Source: Escherichia phage vB_EcoM_VR20. Taken from it: a stretch of 64,000 bases of DNA. Position 1 is the stretch's first letter. Each line of letters opens with the position of its first letter. The DNA lies in sequence record NC_028894.1. The stretch is one strand, 5' to 3'. Of the stretch, positions 47,763 through 57,206 are shown one piece after another. A model generated the notes under the pieces. The model was not told where the DNA came from and searched no databases. It saw only the letters and a program-made list of their open reading frames with translations. The position numbers and the translations under genes are program-made.

Positions 47763-48065
47763 TTAATTAAAAGTTCTTTCAGTATTTTCACCACTGAACC
47801 AGACGCTCTTAACAGCTTGCTGGGCACGATGAAGCTGCTCTGCCATATAAACACCAAGGGCCTCAGCTTTACGTGTCCTGTGGGCTTCTGCGGCGACCAT
47901 TTGCAGCTTATCCATCATGATAAGAGCTTTACATTTCTCCTTCAGAGCATATCGCTTTTTCTCTTCTGGAGTTTTGACCATTCCTCTTAACTTGTGCATT
48001 TTCAACTTAAAATGGTCAGCAGATTTCAGACATGCCTCAATCATGTCAAGTTCATACTTTTTCAT
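47763..48065 (-). CDS. hypothetical basic protein
   Basis: 100-aa ORF. Confidence 0.4.
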   Translation of the reverse strand: MKKYELDMIEACLKSADHFKLKMHKLRGMVKTPEEKKRYALKEKCKALIMMDKLQMVAAEAHRTRKAEALGVYMAEQLHRAQQAVKSVWFSGENTERTFN

Positions 48066-48071
48066 AATTCC

Positions 48072-48290
48072 TCACTTGCGACGACGTTTTGGTAATGGTT
48101 TAGGGAAGAACATTGCTTTACCTGCAGGGGTCAAAGTCACACGCAAAGCATTACCAATACCAAGGGATGCTTTAACCAGACCTTTGGCTTTTAACTCGCC
48201 AAATGCTTGACGTTGTTCAGGGTCACGAGTGTTAACCATCAGACCTTTTTCACCAGCAGCTTTGATTAATTCTAACATTTTATTCTCCAT
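48072..48290 (-). CDS. small hypothetical protein
   Basis: 72-aa ORF. Confidence 0.4.
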   Translation of the reverse strand: MENKMLELIKAAGEKGLMVNTRDPEQRQAFGELKAKGLVKASLGIGNALRVTLTPAGKAMFFPKPLPKRRRK

Positions 48291-48360
48291 TTGTTTATTT
48301 GGTAACTCAGTATGGAATCATTATGCATCATGACCATCTGGTTGTACACTACTTTTTAAA

Positions 48361-48385
48361 ATAAAAAAGGACCCCGAAGGGTCCT
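48361..48385 (-). terminator. stem-loop terminator, AGGACCC-UUCG-GGGUCCU plus U-run
   Basis: Hairpin with UUCG loop and T-run after the stop of the 48392..49432 gene. Confidence 0.6.
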
Positions 48386-48391
48386 TAGAAT

Positions 48392-49432
48392 TTAACGATA
48401 ATAGGAATTGTGGTTGTCAAGATATACCTCTTCAACAAACTTGTCCCAGAACTTCATGTCTACCTTATCAGGCATACCATTCTTAGCGGCCCAGATGGCA
48501 TTAGTTTCGACTTCATCAATGATAGCTTCAAGTTCGGCCTGTACATCTTTAAAAGCATGAAGCCCTTGTTTGATTTCAAGGATAAATGGTGCTGTACGTA
48601 AAGGATATTGGAGGTCACCAGTTTGATAGATTTCCTTCAACTGGTATCCAGCACGATAAGCATGGCTCAGAGCTTTCCAGTCAATACCTTCATTGGCTTC
48701 TGCCTTACGAGCACGTTCACCATATTCGGCATCGAGTTTATTCAGAGATTGCTTGAGCTCGATTAAAGACAAGGTGGTTTGGTACTTACGTCCAAGAACA
48801 GTATAGAACGTTTGAGGGCCTGTTTTCTCGTGGTTATGGAATACCCATTCACAGAACTCATTTTCAGGGAGTCGATGTTTGATATCTTCTACCTTAGTGC
48901 GACGTTGCTTAGTCGAACCATCTTCTTGATAGTCGACCCACTGTTCAGGAATCTGGTTAACGATTGCCAGTACACCACGTAGAGCGGCCAATCGAGAACC
49001 TTTAACACCATACTTAGAAGCTTGCTTGCGGACATAACCCAAATAGGCTTTCATGTTAGTTGTATAGAACCGTGAACGGTTATCCTGGATAAACTTCCAT
49101 ACATCTGGTAAATCGGATTTGACAACCAGGTCAGCCGGGGTGTGAATCATATCCAGGGCAACGGTTTCGCCTTCGGCCGCCAGTTTAAAGAAATATTTCA
49201 GACTATAAAGTTCATGGTCAACATCATCTTTTGTATTTTTGGTAGCCGTGTTATTCGTGTTCAGGTTGGTATGGTTCATCGCCGTCCCAAGTAGAATATC
49301 ACGAGGATGTGGAACAAAGATTTCTTTAAAATCGACATCAGATTCTGGGGTACTTGTTCCATAAAGGTGGCTACCGAAGTAGCCTTTCATAACTGTTCTC
49401 ATTTTTTGTCCTCGAAGTGGATTACAGGACAC
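48392..49432 (-). CDS. predicted nucleotidyltransferase (Pol-beta-like fold)
   Basis: 346 aa; N-terminal GSHLYGTSTPESDVDF fits the GS-x(9-13)-DxD nucleotidyltransferase signature. Confidence 0.5.
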   Translation of the reverse strand: MSCNPLRGQKMRTVMKGYFGSHLYGTSTPESDVDFKEIFVPHPRDILLGTAMNHTNLNTNNTATKNTKDDVDHELYSLKYFFKLAAEGETVALDMIHTPADLVVKSDLPDVWKFIQDNRSRFYTTNMKAYLGYVRKQASKYGVKGSRLAALRGVLAIVNQIPEQWVDYQEDGSTKQRRTKVEDIKHRLPENEFCEWVFHNHEKTGPQTFYTVLGRKYQTTLSLIELKQSLNKLDAEYGERARKAEANEGIDWKALSHAYRAGYQLKEIYQTGDLQYPLRTAPFILEIKQGLHAFKDVQAELEAIIDEVETNAIWAAKNGMPDKVDMKFWDKFVEEVYLDNHNSYYR

Positions 49433-49851
49433 ATCTTAGATTTACGAGCTTTAATGTATTGAATAACGATGTTTTCTTTAGTTTCCTTTCCTTCACGTTT
49501 GGCTAGAATACGTTGCCATTCCTTTTCTTCTTTATGTAAATCATACCAGGACCATAAATTCATTAGACCATACATTAAACCAAATGCTACCGCCAGAATA
49601 AGAGCCAGTGTAGCTAGTCCTAAAATAAACCCTAAGCCTAAACCGACCGGGGTACTTAATACAAAGAAATGCTCTAATACACCGGCCCCCGCGACAGTTA
49701 ATCCAAAAACCATACTACCGATAAAAATGGCACAAACAAAACAAGCCCAAACCATTTTCCAAAAGTAAGCACACAATGAGTGTGGACGAGAATGGCGGTC
49801 ATAAAAACGGTCATGGAAGCGAGCGTGCCAAGAGTTTGCATTGATAATCAT
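49399..49851 (-). CDS. integral membrane protein
   Basis: 150 aa with several hydrophobic segments. Confidence 0.45.
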   Translation of the reverse strand: MIINANSWHARFHDRFYDRHSRPHSLCAYFWKMVWACFVCAIFIGSMVFGLTVAGAGVLEHFFVLSTPVGLGLGFILGLATLALILAVAFGLMYGLMNLWSWYDLHKEEKEWQRILAKREGKETKENIVIQYIKARKSKMCPVIHFEDKK

Positions 49852-49861
49852 AATATTTTCC

Positions 49862-50419
49862 TTAAGAGTTCATAGTTGGGATAACAGAGTTCAGATAAGA
49901 GACTAAAACTTTTAGCTCGTCCTTAGTAAATACCACTTCACTTTCACCGTCGTGGGTCTGAACGATGGATAATAAGTCACGACCCTCGTGTTGATGAACC
50001 GTAAGCTCTGTATTATAATCGCCTTCTTCGTCACCTTCAAACGTTTCACTAGAACGAATCAGTGCATCTTGACCAGGGACTTTCCATTCAACTTCTGGCT
50101 TGCATTCTTCCTGGAAGAGTTTGAAAATACAATCAAAGAATTTATCAGAATCGCTGATGCTCAGACATTCAATACCATTTTCCAGATTAAACCCGTTTTC
50201 GTTTTTATAGATATAGGCATACATATCATCATTGATATCAATAGGAGCACTAGCACGACCATTAAGATAATCGTGTCTATCCAAAACCATTAAATCATAA
50301 AGCGGTTTAATATCAGCGATAGTCAGCACGATTTTATCGTCTTCTTGTGAAAGCTCAATTGCGTTATTAACTACTTCAGCGGTCAGTTCGCCAAACAATT
50401 CAGTTGTTTCAATAATCAT
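49862..50419 (-). CDS. hypothetical acidic protein
   Basis: 185-aa ORF. Confidence 0.45.
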   Translation of the reverse strand: MIIETTELFGELTAEVVNNAIELSQEDDKIVLTIADIKPLYDLMVLDRHDYLNGRASAPIDINDDMYAYIYKNENGFNLENGIECLSISDSDKFFDCIFKLFQEECKPEVEWKVPGQDALIRSSETFEGDEEGDYNTELTVHQHEGRDLLSIVQTHDGESEVVFTKDELKVLVSYLNSVIPTMNS

Positions 50420-50429
50420 TTTCTGTTCC

Positions 50430-50720
50430 TCAACGGTTATGTTTTAAAATACTATAAAGAGCTTCTACTTGGCTTGCATCCAGGTAAATAACATCATCAT
50501 CTTGCTCAATGGAAATCCCACCAGTATTGCCTTCAACGAAATTACATTCGCACACTTCAACGGGGCGGTATACGTCACCAACTGGATGTTCAGGCTCCAG
50601 AACAATCACACCATTTTCAGAATTACCACTTGGGTCGTATAACATTACAGTTTCCTCGCTAACCATGAAAAGAATAAACCAATTAAAACAGGCCCTACAG
50701 CCATTATTAACCAAGCCCAA
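50430..50720 (-). CDS. small hypothetical protein
   Basis: 96-aa ORF, start uncertain. Confidence 0.35.
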   Translation of the reverse strand: MGLVNNGCRACFNWFILFMVSEETVMLYDPSGNSENGVIVLEPEHPVGDVYRPVEVCECNFVEGNTGGISIEQDDDVIYLDASQVEALYSILKHNR

Positions 50721-50736
50721 GGTTCAAGATAGTAAA

Positions 50737-50994
50737 TCATCTCATGCTCCTATGCCAACAGTTACGTGGCTCACGTTTAAAAATTTCATCATGCATTGAT
50801 TGACAACCAACACAATATATCACACCTTTAATCGCTTGTCTCCGCGCTTCAGGAATTTTTTCGTCGCAGTCAAAACAGAATTCAGCAGACTCCCTTTCAA
50901 CTGCAACCTGTGCTCTCGCATAGGTGATAGCGGCTTGTACAACCGCTTCCATCTCTAACTGTTCAGCGCCATCTTTTGCAAATCCAACAGCCAT
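50737..50994 (-). CDS. TraR/DksA-like C4 zinc-finger protein
   Basis: 85 aa; CFDCDEKIPEARRQAIKGVIYCVGCQ. Confidence 0.45.
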   Translation of the reverse strand: MAVGFAKDGAEQLEMEAVVQAAITYARAQVAVERESAEFCFDCDEKIPEARRQAIKGVIYCVGCQSMHDEIFKREPRNCWHRSMR

Positions 50995-51176
50995 TATTCT
51001 TTCAACCCATTCAGATATTCAACCAAATTAGCTTTAGAGTTATTCAAATCACGCTTACACTGTTCTATTCCAGAATATGAATATCCTTCACATAATTCCA
51101 CTGCCAGGTCATTAGATGCGTTTTCAATATGCCAGGCAAGTTTAATAATTTTTTCAATTTGTTCAGTAGTTAACAT
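50994..51176 (-). CDS. small hypothetical protein
   Basis: 60-aa ORF. Confidence 0.35.
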   Translation of the reverse strand: MLTTEQIEKIIKLAWHIENASNDLAVELCEGYSYSGIEQCKRDLNNSKANLVEYLNGLKE

Positions 51177-51180
51177 AATA

Positions 51181-51417
51181 TCACCAGTATTTGTTGATGG
51201 TAGAAATTAATTCTTGGACTTGAGTATTTTTCAGTTTACACCCGCAACTTTTTAATGTTTCTTTAAAAAGCTCAACCTCTTTAAGCTGTTCCTTTTCCAG
51301 GCGGATTCTGTACCCCCTGTAATCAGCAAATATGCTTCTGTCATCAAATATCTTAATTTCAAGAATATGATTGTTGGTTTCATATTCCAATGAAACCATA
51401 GTATTTGTAAGTTTCAT
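51181..51417 (-). CDS. small hypothetical protein
   Basis: 78-aa ORF. Confidence 0.4.
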   Translation of the reverse strand: MKLTNTMVSLEYETNNHILEIKIFDDRSIFADYRGYRIRLEKEQLKEVELFKETLKSCGCKLKNTQVQELISTINKYW

Positions 51418-51620
51418 TATTCCACCACATATGATAATGAGAAAATTGCTGATGAAAGATGAGTAGCATCTTCTTCACACAGTTCAAATGGAGCTTTCTG
51501 CAAGAGTTCAACCACTTCTTCATCAGTGGCACTGTCCATAAAGATTGCATAATCGTTAAGATAGATAACAACCTCATCACCAGTATTAACTGCATCAATC
51601 TTGATGTTCTTAATTCTCAT
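51417..51620 (-). CDS. small hypothetical protein (start trimmed to MRIKNIKID)
   Basis: Track ORF 51417..51701 reads through the conserved leader (STTEENTM); trimmed. Confidence 0.4.
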   Translation of the reverse strand: MRIKNIKIDAVNTGDEVVIYLNDYAIFMDSATDEEVVELLQKAPFELCEEDATHLSSAIFSLSYVVE

Positions 51621-51648
51621 TGTATTCTCCTCAGTAGTTGATGGGATA

Positions 51649-51678
51649 ATAGTACACCCTTTTGATGAGGATGTAAAC
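51649..51678 (-). promoter_or_regulatory. sigma70-type early promoter, -35 GTTTACA, 17-bp spacer, -10 TACTAT, conserved TATCCCATCAACTACTGAGGAG leader
   Basis: Minus-strand motif between the terminator at 51690-51716 and the 51620 start. Confidence 0.5.
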
Positions 51679-51689
51679 CCCCTAAATGA

Positions 51690-51716
51690 AAAAAGGTCCA
51701 CCCGAAGGCAGACCTT
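51690..51716 (-). terminator. stem-loop terminator with UUCG loop plus U-run
   Basis: GGUCUGCC-UUCG-GGUGGACC (two G-U wobble pairs) followed by T-run, after the stop of 51722..52105. Confidence 0.5.
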
Positions 51717-51721
51717 TTGAA

Positions 51722-52105
51722 TTACTCTAATGTTAACAGGTACTTGGTTTGAAAGAAAACGCCAACGATATCGTCCAGAGTCGATTGAATAGCCTTGGGT
51801 ACAACTTTATAGACTCTTTCAGAGCTTTTAATCATTTCATCTAAAAACAAAATTGTATCTTTCGGCAAGTCCGAGGCGGACGGTAATGCAGCTTTGTATT
51901 GTTTCCCGCTGTAACCTAACCATTGCTCACTGAACTGGTCGAGTGGACCTTGGATTTCTGTGAAGTAGAAATCATAAGCTTTATGGCGGGCGTAACTTTT
52001 GGTTTCAAGATGGGCGGATTTAAAATAAGCCAAAGAGACTAACAACCACCCAATATATGAATCCACCTCAGACCCACGACCTGTTACGAAATCATCGAAT
52101 TTCAT
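51722..52105 (-). CDS. hypothetical protein
   Basis: 127-aa ORF. Confidence 0.4.
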   Translation of the reverse strand: MKFDDFVTGRGSEVDSYIGWLLVSLAYFKSAHLETKSYARHKAYDFYFTEIQGPLDQFSEQWLGYSGKQYKAALPSASDLPKDTILFLDEMIKSSERVYKVVPKAIQSTLDDIVGVFFQTKYLLTLE

Positions 52106-52388
52106 CTTCCAATTTTACCTTCATTAATTTAGCGTATTCGACTGCAGCAGCCCGGCCATCAATTTGACATGTGATTTCATTTACACATTGACTCTTATTG
52201 TTCCATTCAGTTTTAATAAAAGCCCAAAATTGTTCGGACTGCTCGACGCTGGGTTCTTTGAATTGCGAATAGATTTGCATCGCACTATCTGCATATTGTG
52301 TAAATTTACCATCTGTAGCAGAGGACAGATTTGGGCCTAAACAGCCCATTAGTAATAGACTTAGAGAAAGTCCTCGAATAAGGTCCAT
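52092..52388 (-). CDS. rI: lysis inhibition regulator RI-like (antiholin), start trimmed to MDLIRGL
   Basis: Signal-anchor N-terminus; SVEQSEQFWAFIKTEW...C...EITCQIDGRAAAVEYAKLMKVKLEDE resembles T4 RI as I recall; upstream of tk. Confidence 0.6.
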   Translation of the reverse strand: MDLIRGLSLSLLLMGCLGPNLSSATDGKFTQYADSAMQIYSQFKEPSVEQSEQFWAFIKTEWNNKSQCVNEITCQIDGRAAAVEYAKLMKVKLEDEIR

Positions 52389-52462
52389 AAAGGACTCCTT
52401 ATTGTTGGTCATGATTACGCTTTGCAGCCTTAACATAGCGGAATACTAGTTAGTAACTGTAT

Positions 52463-52738
52463 TTATAATCTTTTAAACTTGAAACAATATATTGCAAATA
52501 AATCAGAAAAATGTCTATCAACCCATATTCTTTGCACTGGACTAGTAACAGTCAGCATATAATGTGCTTTTTGTAAATTTATTCCATTTTTATTCGGGCA
52601 TTCTTTATTAACAGAATGGTACGTGCTTGCTACTATTTCAATTTCCCTTTCATATCTCTCGCTATCTGTTTGTGTGGGGATAAATGCAATTCCAGCAATA
52701 ACAAAAATAGAGATATACGTCCAAATCTTATATATCAT
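52463..52738 (-). CDS. small signal-anchored protein
   Basis: 91 aa with N-terminal hydrophobic segment. Confidence 0.4.
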   Translation of the reverse strand: MIYKIWTYISIFVIAGIAFIPTQTDSERYEREIEIVASTYHSVNKECPNKNGINLQKAHYMLTVTSPVQRIWVDRHFSDLFAIYCFKFKRL

Positions 52739-52745
52739 AAGGACC

Positions 52746-53318
52746 TCAGCTTGTCAATTCGAGCCAATGTTTCCTGCATAAAGATACGTACGATTCATTC
52801 CCACCGACTAACACTTGCTCGCCGTCCTTTACAGCAGCACCGTCGATTACTCGAGCGGTCATGGTTGCTTTCCGGCCGCAATGGCAGACGCCCTTTAATT
52901 CAACCAGTTTATCCGAAATAGCCAGAAGTCTGGCTGAACCGGGAAATAACTGACCCCGAAAATCTGTTCTTAGCCCGTAACACATAACGGGGATATTATA
53001 ATTATCAACCACTCGTGCTAACTGGTCAATTTGCTCTGGTAACAAAAATTGAGCTTCATCAACCAGGACACAATGGATATCCTTTTGAGACTCGGCCCAT
53101 TTATAGAATTCAAACAGGTTCATGTCGGCCGTTACCAGGTTTGCTTCCTGGCTAATACCAATACGTGATTTAATTTCAGATTCCGAGTCCCGATTATCAA
53201 TAACAGGTTTTAGCAAAAGCACACTCATTCCACGCTCTTTATAGGAATAAGCTGCAGTCAGCAATGAAGCTGTTTTGCCTGCATTCATTGCTGCGTAATG
53301 ATAAATTAAACTCGCCAT
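52746..53318 (-). CDS. tk: thymidine kinase
   Basis: 190 aa; P-loop NAGKTASL; Walker B LVDEAQF; C-terminal CxCG zinc site. Confidence 0.85.
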   Translation of the reverse strand: MASLIYHYAAMNAGKTASLLTAAYSYKERGMSVLLLKPVIDNRDSESEIKSRIGISQEANLVTADMNLFEFYKWAESQKDIHCVLVDEAQFLLPEQIDQLARVVDNYNIPVMCYGLRTDFRGQLFPGSARLLAISDKLVELKGVCHCGRKATMTARVIDGAAVKDGEQVLVGGNESYVSLCRKHWLELTS

Positions 53319-53327
53319 ATCACCTTC

Positions 53328-53513
53328 TTAAAGAGTATTCACATAAGCAATTAATTCGTTTTCTTTCTCATCAAACCGATTAGCAAATTCTTCCTGATGT
53401 TCGGCATCTATCGGGCCGTGTTCATCATAAAAAGCGTTCGCTTCCGTATGCTCGTCCAAAAGCTCATGGATAAGCTCAAACAATCTACTTTTCTGACTAA
53501 TACTTAAACTCAT
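53328..53513 (-). CDS. small hypothetical protein
   Basis: 61-aa ORF. Confidence 0.35.
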   Translation of the reverse strand: MSLSISQKSRLFELIHELLDEHTEANAFYDEHGPIDAEHQEEFANRFDEKENELIAYVNTL

Positions 53514-53716
53514 TTCGGTTCACCTTGTTTTACAAAGTCTGGATACGGTTGAAACCCGGAATAGAAACCAGCGCCTGCATGATTCACACACCCTTTATTA
53601 GAACAATAGCACCAATAATCAAAATCACATATCATTTCATCGTTGCATAAAGCAAAAACAACTGGCCATTTACACTTTTCACAGTGAGCATTTTTAAGAA
53701 TACTAGTTTGACTCAT
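53510..53716 (-). CDS. small Cys-rich hypothetical protein
   Basis: 68 aa with CEKC and several further Cys. Confidence 0.4.
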   Translation of the reverse strand: MSQTSILKNAHCEKCKWPVVFALCNDEMICDFDYWCYCSNKGCVNHAGAGFYSGFQPYPDFVKQGEPK

Positions 53717-54167
53717 AATCCACCACTATCAAATCAATGTCAGGAGTAAACATATCAATTAACCGGGAAACCTTATCCCAATCACCACCTGCAATACCAC
53801 AGCCAATCCTGGGAATATAAATCACGGGCTTGAACAAAAGTGATTCTGCTTGTCGATTTAATTCTATCATGCAATTTAATAAAGCACCATAATCCAGATT
53901 TGGACCCGGTTCATACTGGGTATAAAGGTTATAGCACATACCAAATCCAGTTGGCTTATGTTTAAAAACGATAGACATATCACCGAGTTTTTCTCGGGAA
54001 CCGTATTCAGTTGATGTTTTATCCATTTCTAAAATTTTTGGGTAAGCCTTTGCCAGTTGGCCAGCAACGCCTGACCCCATTGTATGGAAGCAGTTACAGC
54101 CATGAGCTATGATGTTTCCTTCGAGAAAGAGGGCGACGATATCGCCCTTAATATAGTTAACAATCAT
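53703..54167 (-). CDS. macrodomain protein (ADP-ribose binding or hydrolysing)
   Basis: 154 aa; GDIVAL...IAHGCNCFHTMGSGVAGQL and IPRIGCGIAGGDW fit macrodomain signature regions. Confidence 0.55.
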   Translation of the reverse strand: MIVNYIKGDIVALFLEGNIIAHGCNCFHTMGSGVAGQLAKAYPKILEMDKTSTEYGSREKLGDMSIVFKHKPTGFGMCYNLYTQYEPGPNLDYGALLNCMIELNRQAESLLFKPVIYIPRIGCGIAGGDWDKVSRLIDMFTPDIDLIVVDYESN

Positions 54168-54523
54168 TTAGAGTTCAATCCTCTGTTATAGGAATCGACT
54201 AACCTGTCAACCATACTGGTACAGGCCGCTTTATATTTGGCACTCGACAGAATACAATCCATTTCAAATAGTTTCTTTTCATATTTGTTAGATAAAGTAC
54301 TCTTTTTCATAAGAGTGTGTTCAACATCATTTTGACCGTCTTTATAGGCAGCAGTGAGTTTGGCACTGAACTGGATTATACAATCCACATTGCTTGATGC
54401 GCAATAATCTTTGGCCGTCCTCGTTGCATATTCTACGATGCTGTTGTTGTCGACGCTCTGTACTGAAGCTATTCCTCCCGTGCTGAATACTAACCCCATG
54501 GCTAAAGTTATGACTCTTACCAT
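54164..54523 (-). CDS. secreted hypothetical protein
   Basis: 119 aa with N-terminal signal peptide. Confidence 0.45.
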   Translation of the reverse strand: MVRVITLAMGLVFSTGGIASVQSVDNNSIVEYATRTAKDYCASSNVDCIIQFSAKLTAAYKDGQNDVEHTLMKKSTLSNKYEKKLFEMDCILSSAKYKAACTSMVDRLVDSYNRGLNSK

Positions 54524-55066
54524 TTAATCCACCATTTTTAATAGGCCTCGTGATTTTAAGTAGTTAGCTTTTTCTAGGACCTGCGAAGCATATGTATTTC
54601 CAGCTTTCACATTCCACCCTGCATTATATGATGATAGTGTTTTTCTTATGTCCCCCTTGTGAATGTTCAACCAATATGAAAGCTCAATATAGGCCCAGCG
54701 CGCGCTGTTTTCTCTCTTGCTTATCATCTTGATTATTTCTTTATCTGTCATTGTCCACCCAACCTGTTTTACACGCTCGCGTACGGTTGGAAGATAATTT
54801 TGGAATATACCATATGCATGATGCTTATCTTTATTTAATCCTGTATTAACACCAGCAGATGATTCCTGCCAGGTTAAACCAGCCATGATATATCCCAAAC
54901 CATTATGTTGGTGCGGATTTTCTTTGTACTTACCATTTTTCTGGAACTGTTCTCCAAACGCATAAGCATATTGAAGATTTTCCATCTGTTCATTACTGAA
55001 AGTAGGCTCTACGCTATGGGCAGACATACTAACTGTCAATAGTAAGGTGGCGATTACTTTTTTCAT
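54524..55066 (-). CDS. secreted lytic-transglycosylase-like protein
   Basis: 180 aa; signal peptide; GLTWQESSAG...AYGIFQ resembles the catalytic E-S and GxxQ motifs of the SLT domain. Confidence 0.5.
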   Translation of the reverse strand: MKKVIATLLLTVSMSAHSVEPTFSNEQMENLQYAYAFGEQFQKNGKYKENPHQHNGLGYIMAGLTWQESSAGVNTGLNKDKHHAYGIFQNYLPTVRERVKQVGWTMTDKEIIKMISKRENSARWAYIELSYWLNIHKGDIRKTLSSYNAGWNVKAGNTYASQVLEKANYLKSRGLLKMVD

Positions 55067-55076
55067 GAATTCCTCA

Positions 55077-55535
55077 CTAGATATAAATCACTTTTGTGCT
55101 AATTTTTCCTTCCAGACGATTAGAGTTAACAAACGCCATACGACAACACATGGTTGGAGACTTCCCAGGTAATGCCGGGTTAACTGTCATTCCTAACCAT
55201 AGGTTCTTGTCTGTGATTTCCAGACGAAGTGGACGGTAGTTCACATTCGGGTCAATTTGTGCTTCAACTTCTGGAAGCGGTTCCATTTTTAAGAATTCAA
55301 CAATTTCTTTTACATGTGGTGTGATTTTTCCAAACAAGTCAAAAACATATTGTTCGTCAATTTCACGTTGGATTGCACGGTCCAACAGGTGTGGACTGTA
55401 CTTAATGAAGAATGCTTCAAGGCCTGCTTCTTTACAAGCCTTGTTGATAGCATTATTAATTTTGAGGAACTCCGTTTCAAAAATACGACGAAGTTTATTG
55501 CGGCGAATGTAAACACTTGAATCAATAGTAGTCAT
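55077..55535 (-). CDS. regB: RegB endoribonuclease (start trimmed to MTTIDSS)
   Basis: About 152 aa from the trimmed start; VYIRRNKLRR, YSPHLLDRAIQREIDEQYVFDLF, YRPLRLEITDKNLWLG match T4 RegB as I recall. Confidence 0.8.
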   Translation of the reverse strand: MTTIDSSVYIRRNKLRRIFETEFLKINNAINKACKEAGLEAFFIKYSPHLLDRAIQREIDEQYVFDLFGKITPHVKEIVEFLKMEPLPEVEAQIDPNVNYRPLRLEITDKNLWLGMTVNPALPGKSPTMCCRMAFVNSNRLEGKISTKVIYI

Positions 55536-55563
55536 GATTATCTCCTTTTGTTTGATGGGATAA

Positions 55564-55591
55564 TCATAACTCATTTCAACCTGCTTGTACA

Positions 55592-55592
<1 letters not shown>
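55564..55592 (-). promoter_or_regulatory. sigma70-type early promoter, -35 TGTACA, 17-bp spacer, -10 TATGAT, TATCCCATCAAAC leader
   Basis: Minus-strand motif immediately upstream of regB. Confidence 0.5.
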
Positions 55593-56171
<579 letters not shown>

Positions 56172-56175
<4 letters not shown>

Positions 56176-56405
56176 TTCACTTCCTCGCCAGTTGCGATAT
56201 CATATTCTACCAAACGAAGGCCATCAGTCCAACCTTGCACGGAGATATAGGTAGTCGGGTAAACAATTTCTTTACCATTCCATTGGCCACCGTCCCAGCA
56301 TTCCATAAAGCCTTGTTCGCCCTGTTCGTGGAACCAGTCAACAAACATCTTCAGAGCTTCATCAGAGCCTTCAATTGTCAATTTAGACATATTTTTTCCA
56401 GTCAC
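56172..56405 (-). CDS. small hypothetical protein
   Basis: 77-aa ORF. Confidence 0.4.
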
Positions 56406-56682
56406 TAATTAATCGCACATCCTGGTCATAGGTCAGGAGGCTACGAGTGATAATACCCTTACAAGGTCCAGAAATAAATTCCAGAGTAAAGTAAGGAACC
56501 AACTTCATCAAGCGAATACTCGGAGCAGTGCAACGAAATCTGGACCCAACAAAAGGTCCAGACAAAAACACATACTCAAAGAAATTTGCTTTATTAAAGA
56601 TTTCAAAATTCTTTACGAAATCTTCAGACCTAACTTTTGGAATAAAATAGATTTGGTCAAAAAGCTCTTCATGGGTCATCAT
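56383..56682 (-). CDS. small hypothetical protein
   Basis: 99-aa ORF. Confidence 0.4.
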   Translation of the reverse strand: MMTHEELFDQIYFIPKVRSEDFVKNFEIFNKANFFEYVFLSGPFVGSRFRCTAPSIRLMKLVPYFTLEFISGPCKGIITRSLLTYDQDVRLISDWKKYV

Positions 56683-57206
56683 TGCATTCCTATCACAAAG
56701 AATAACGGCAAAGGCTTATCACCTTGACACATAAATTTATTCATCATTACCTGATAAGCTTCATAGAACTTATCCATTGCAGGGAGGCGAATAGGTTCTT
56801 CAATAATGATTAAAAGACGCGTAAAACGCAATCCACGGTACTTATGGAAATTATCTTCATCAAGGAAACTGCGTACAGTATCATAGACAACGAATCCAGG
56901 TCGCTCAACATTAAGATGTGGTTGTGCCTTAGAAACCCGCTTTATTATATTACAGATTTCTCGTGAGCGATGCGAAGAACTCGACATAACAATCACATCA
57001 TTACCTTTGGAAACCCAATCCGCAGCAAACTGCGCAATGGCACTTGTTTTACCTGTTTGTCGTCCACCGTCAAGTCTAAGGGTACCAAACTCTTGCATTC
57101 TTGAAGCTGGTTCATACCAGGTGTATTGGTCTGAATCTAAACGTTCAATGGCGCGTTCAGCGAAGGCGTGCATTAAGGTTAGATAAATGGGAGTTAAAAA
57201 TTTCAT
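56679..57206 (-). CDS. small P-loop NTPase
   Basis: 175 aa; Walker A GGRQTGKTS; Walker B-like LLIIIEEP. Confidence 0.45.
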   Translation of the reverse strand: MKFLTPIYLTLMHAFAERAIERLDSDQYTWYEPASRMQEFGTLRLDGGRQTGKTSAIAQFAADWVSKGNDVIVMSSSSHRSREICNIIKRVSKAQPHLNVERPGFVVYDTVRSFLDEDNFHKYRGLRFTRLLIIIEEPIRLPAMDKFYEAYQVMMNKFMCQGDKPLPLFFVIGMQ

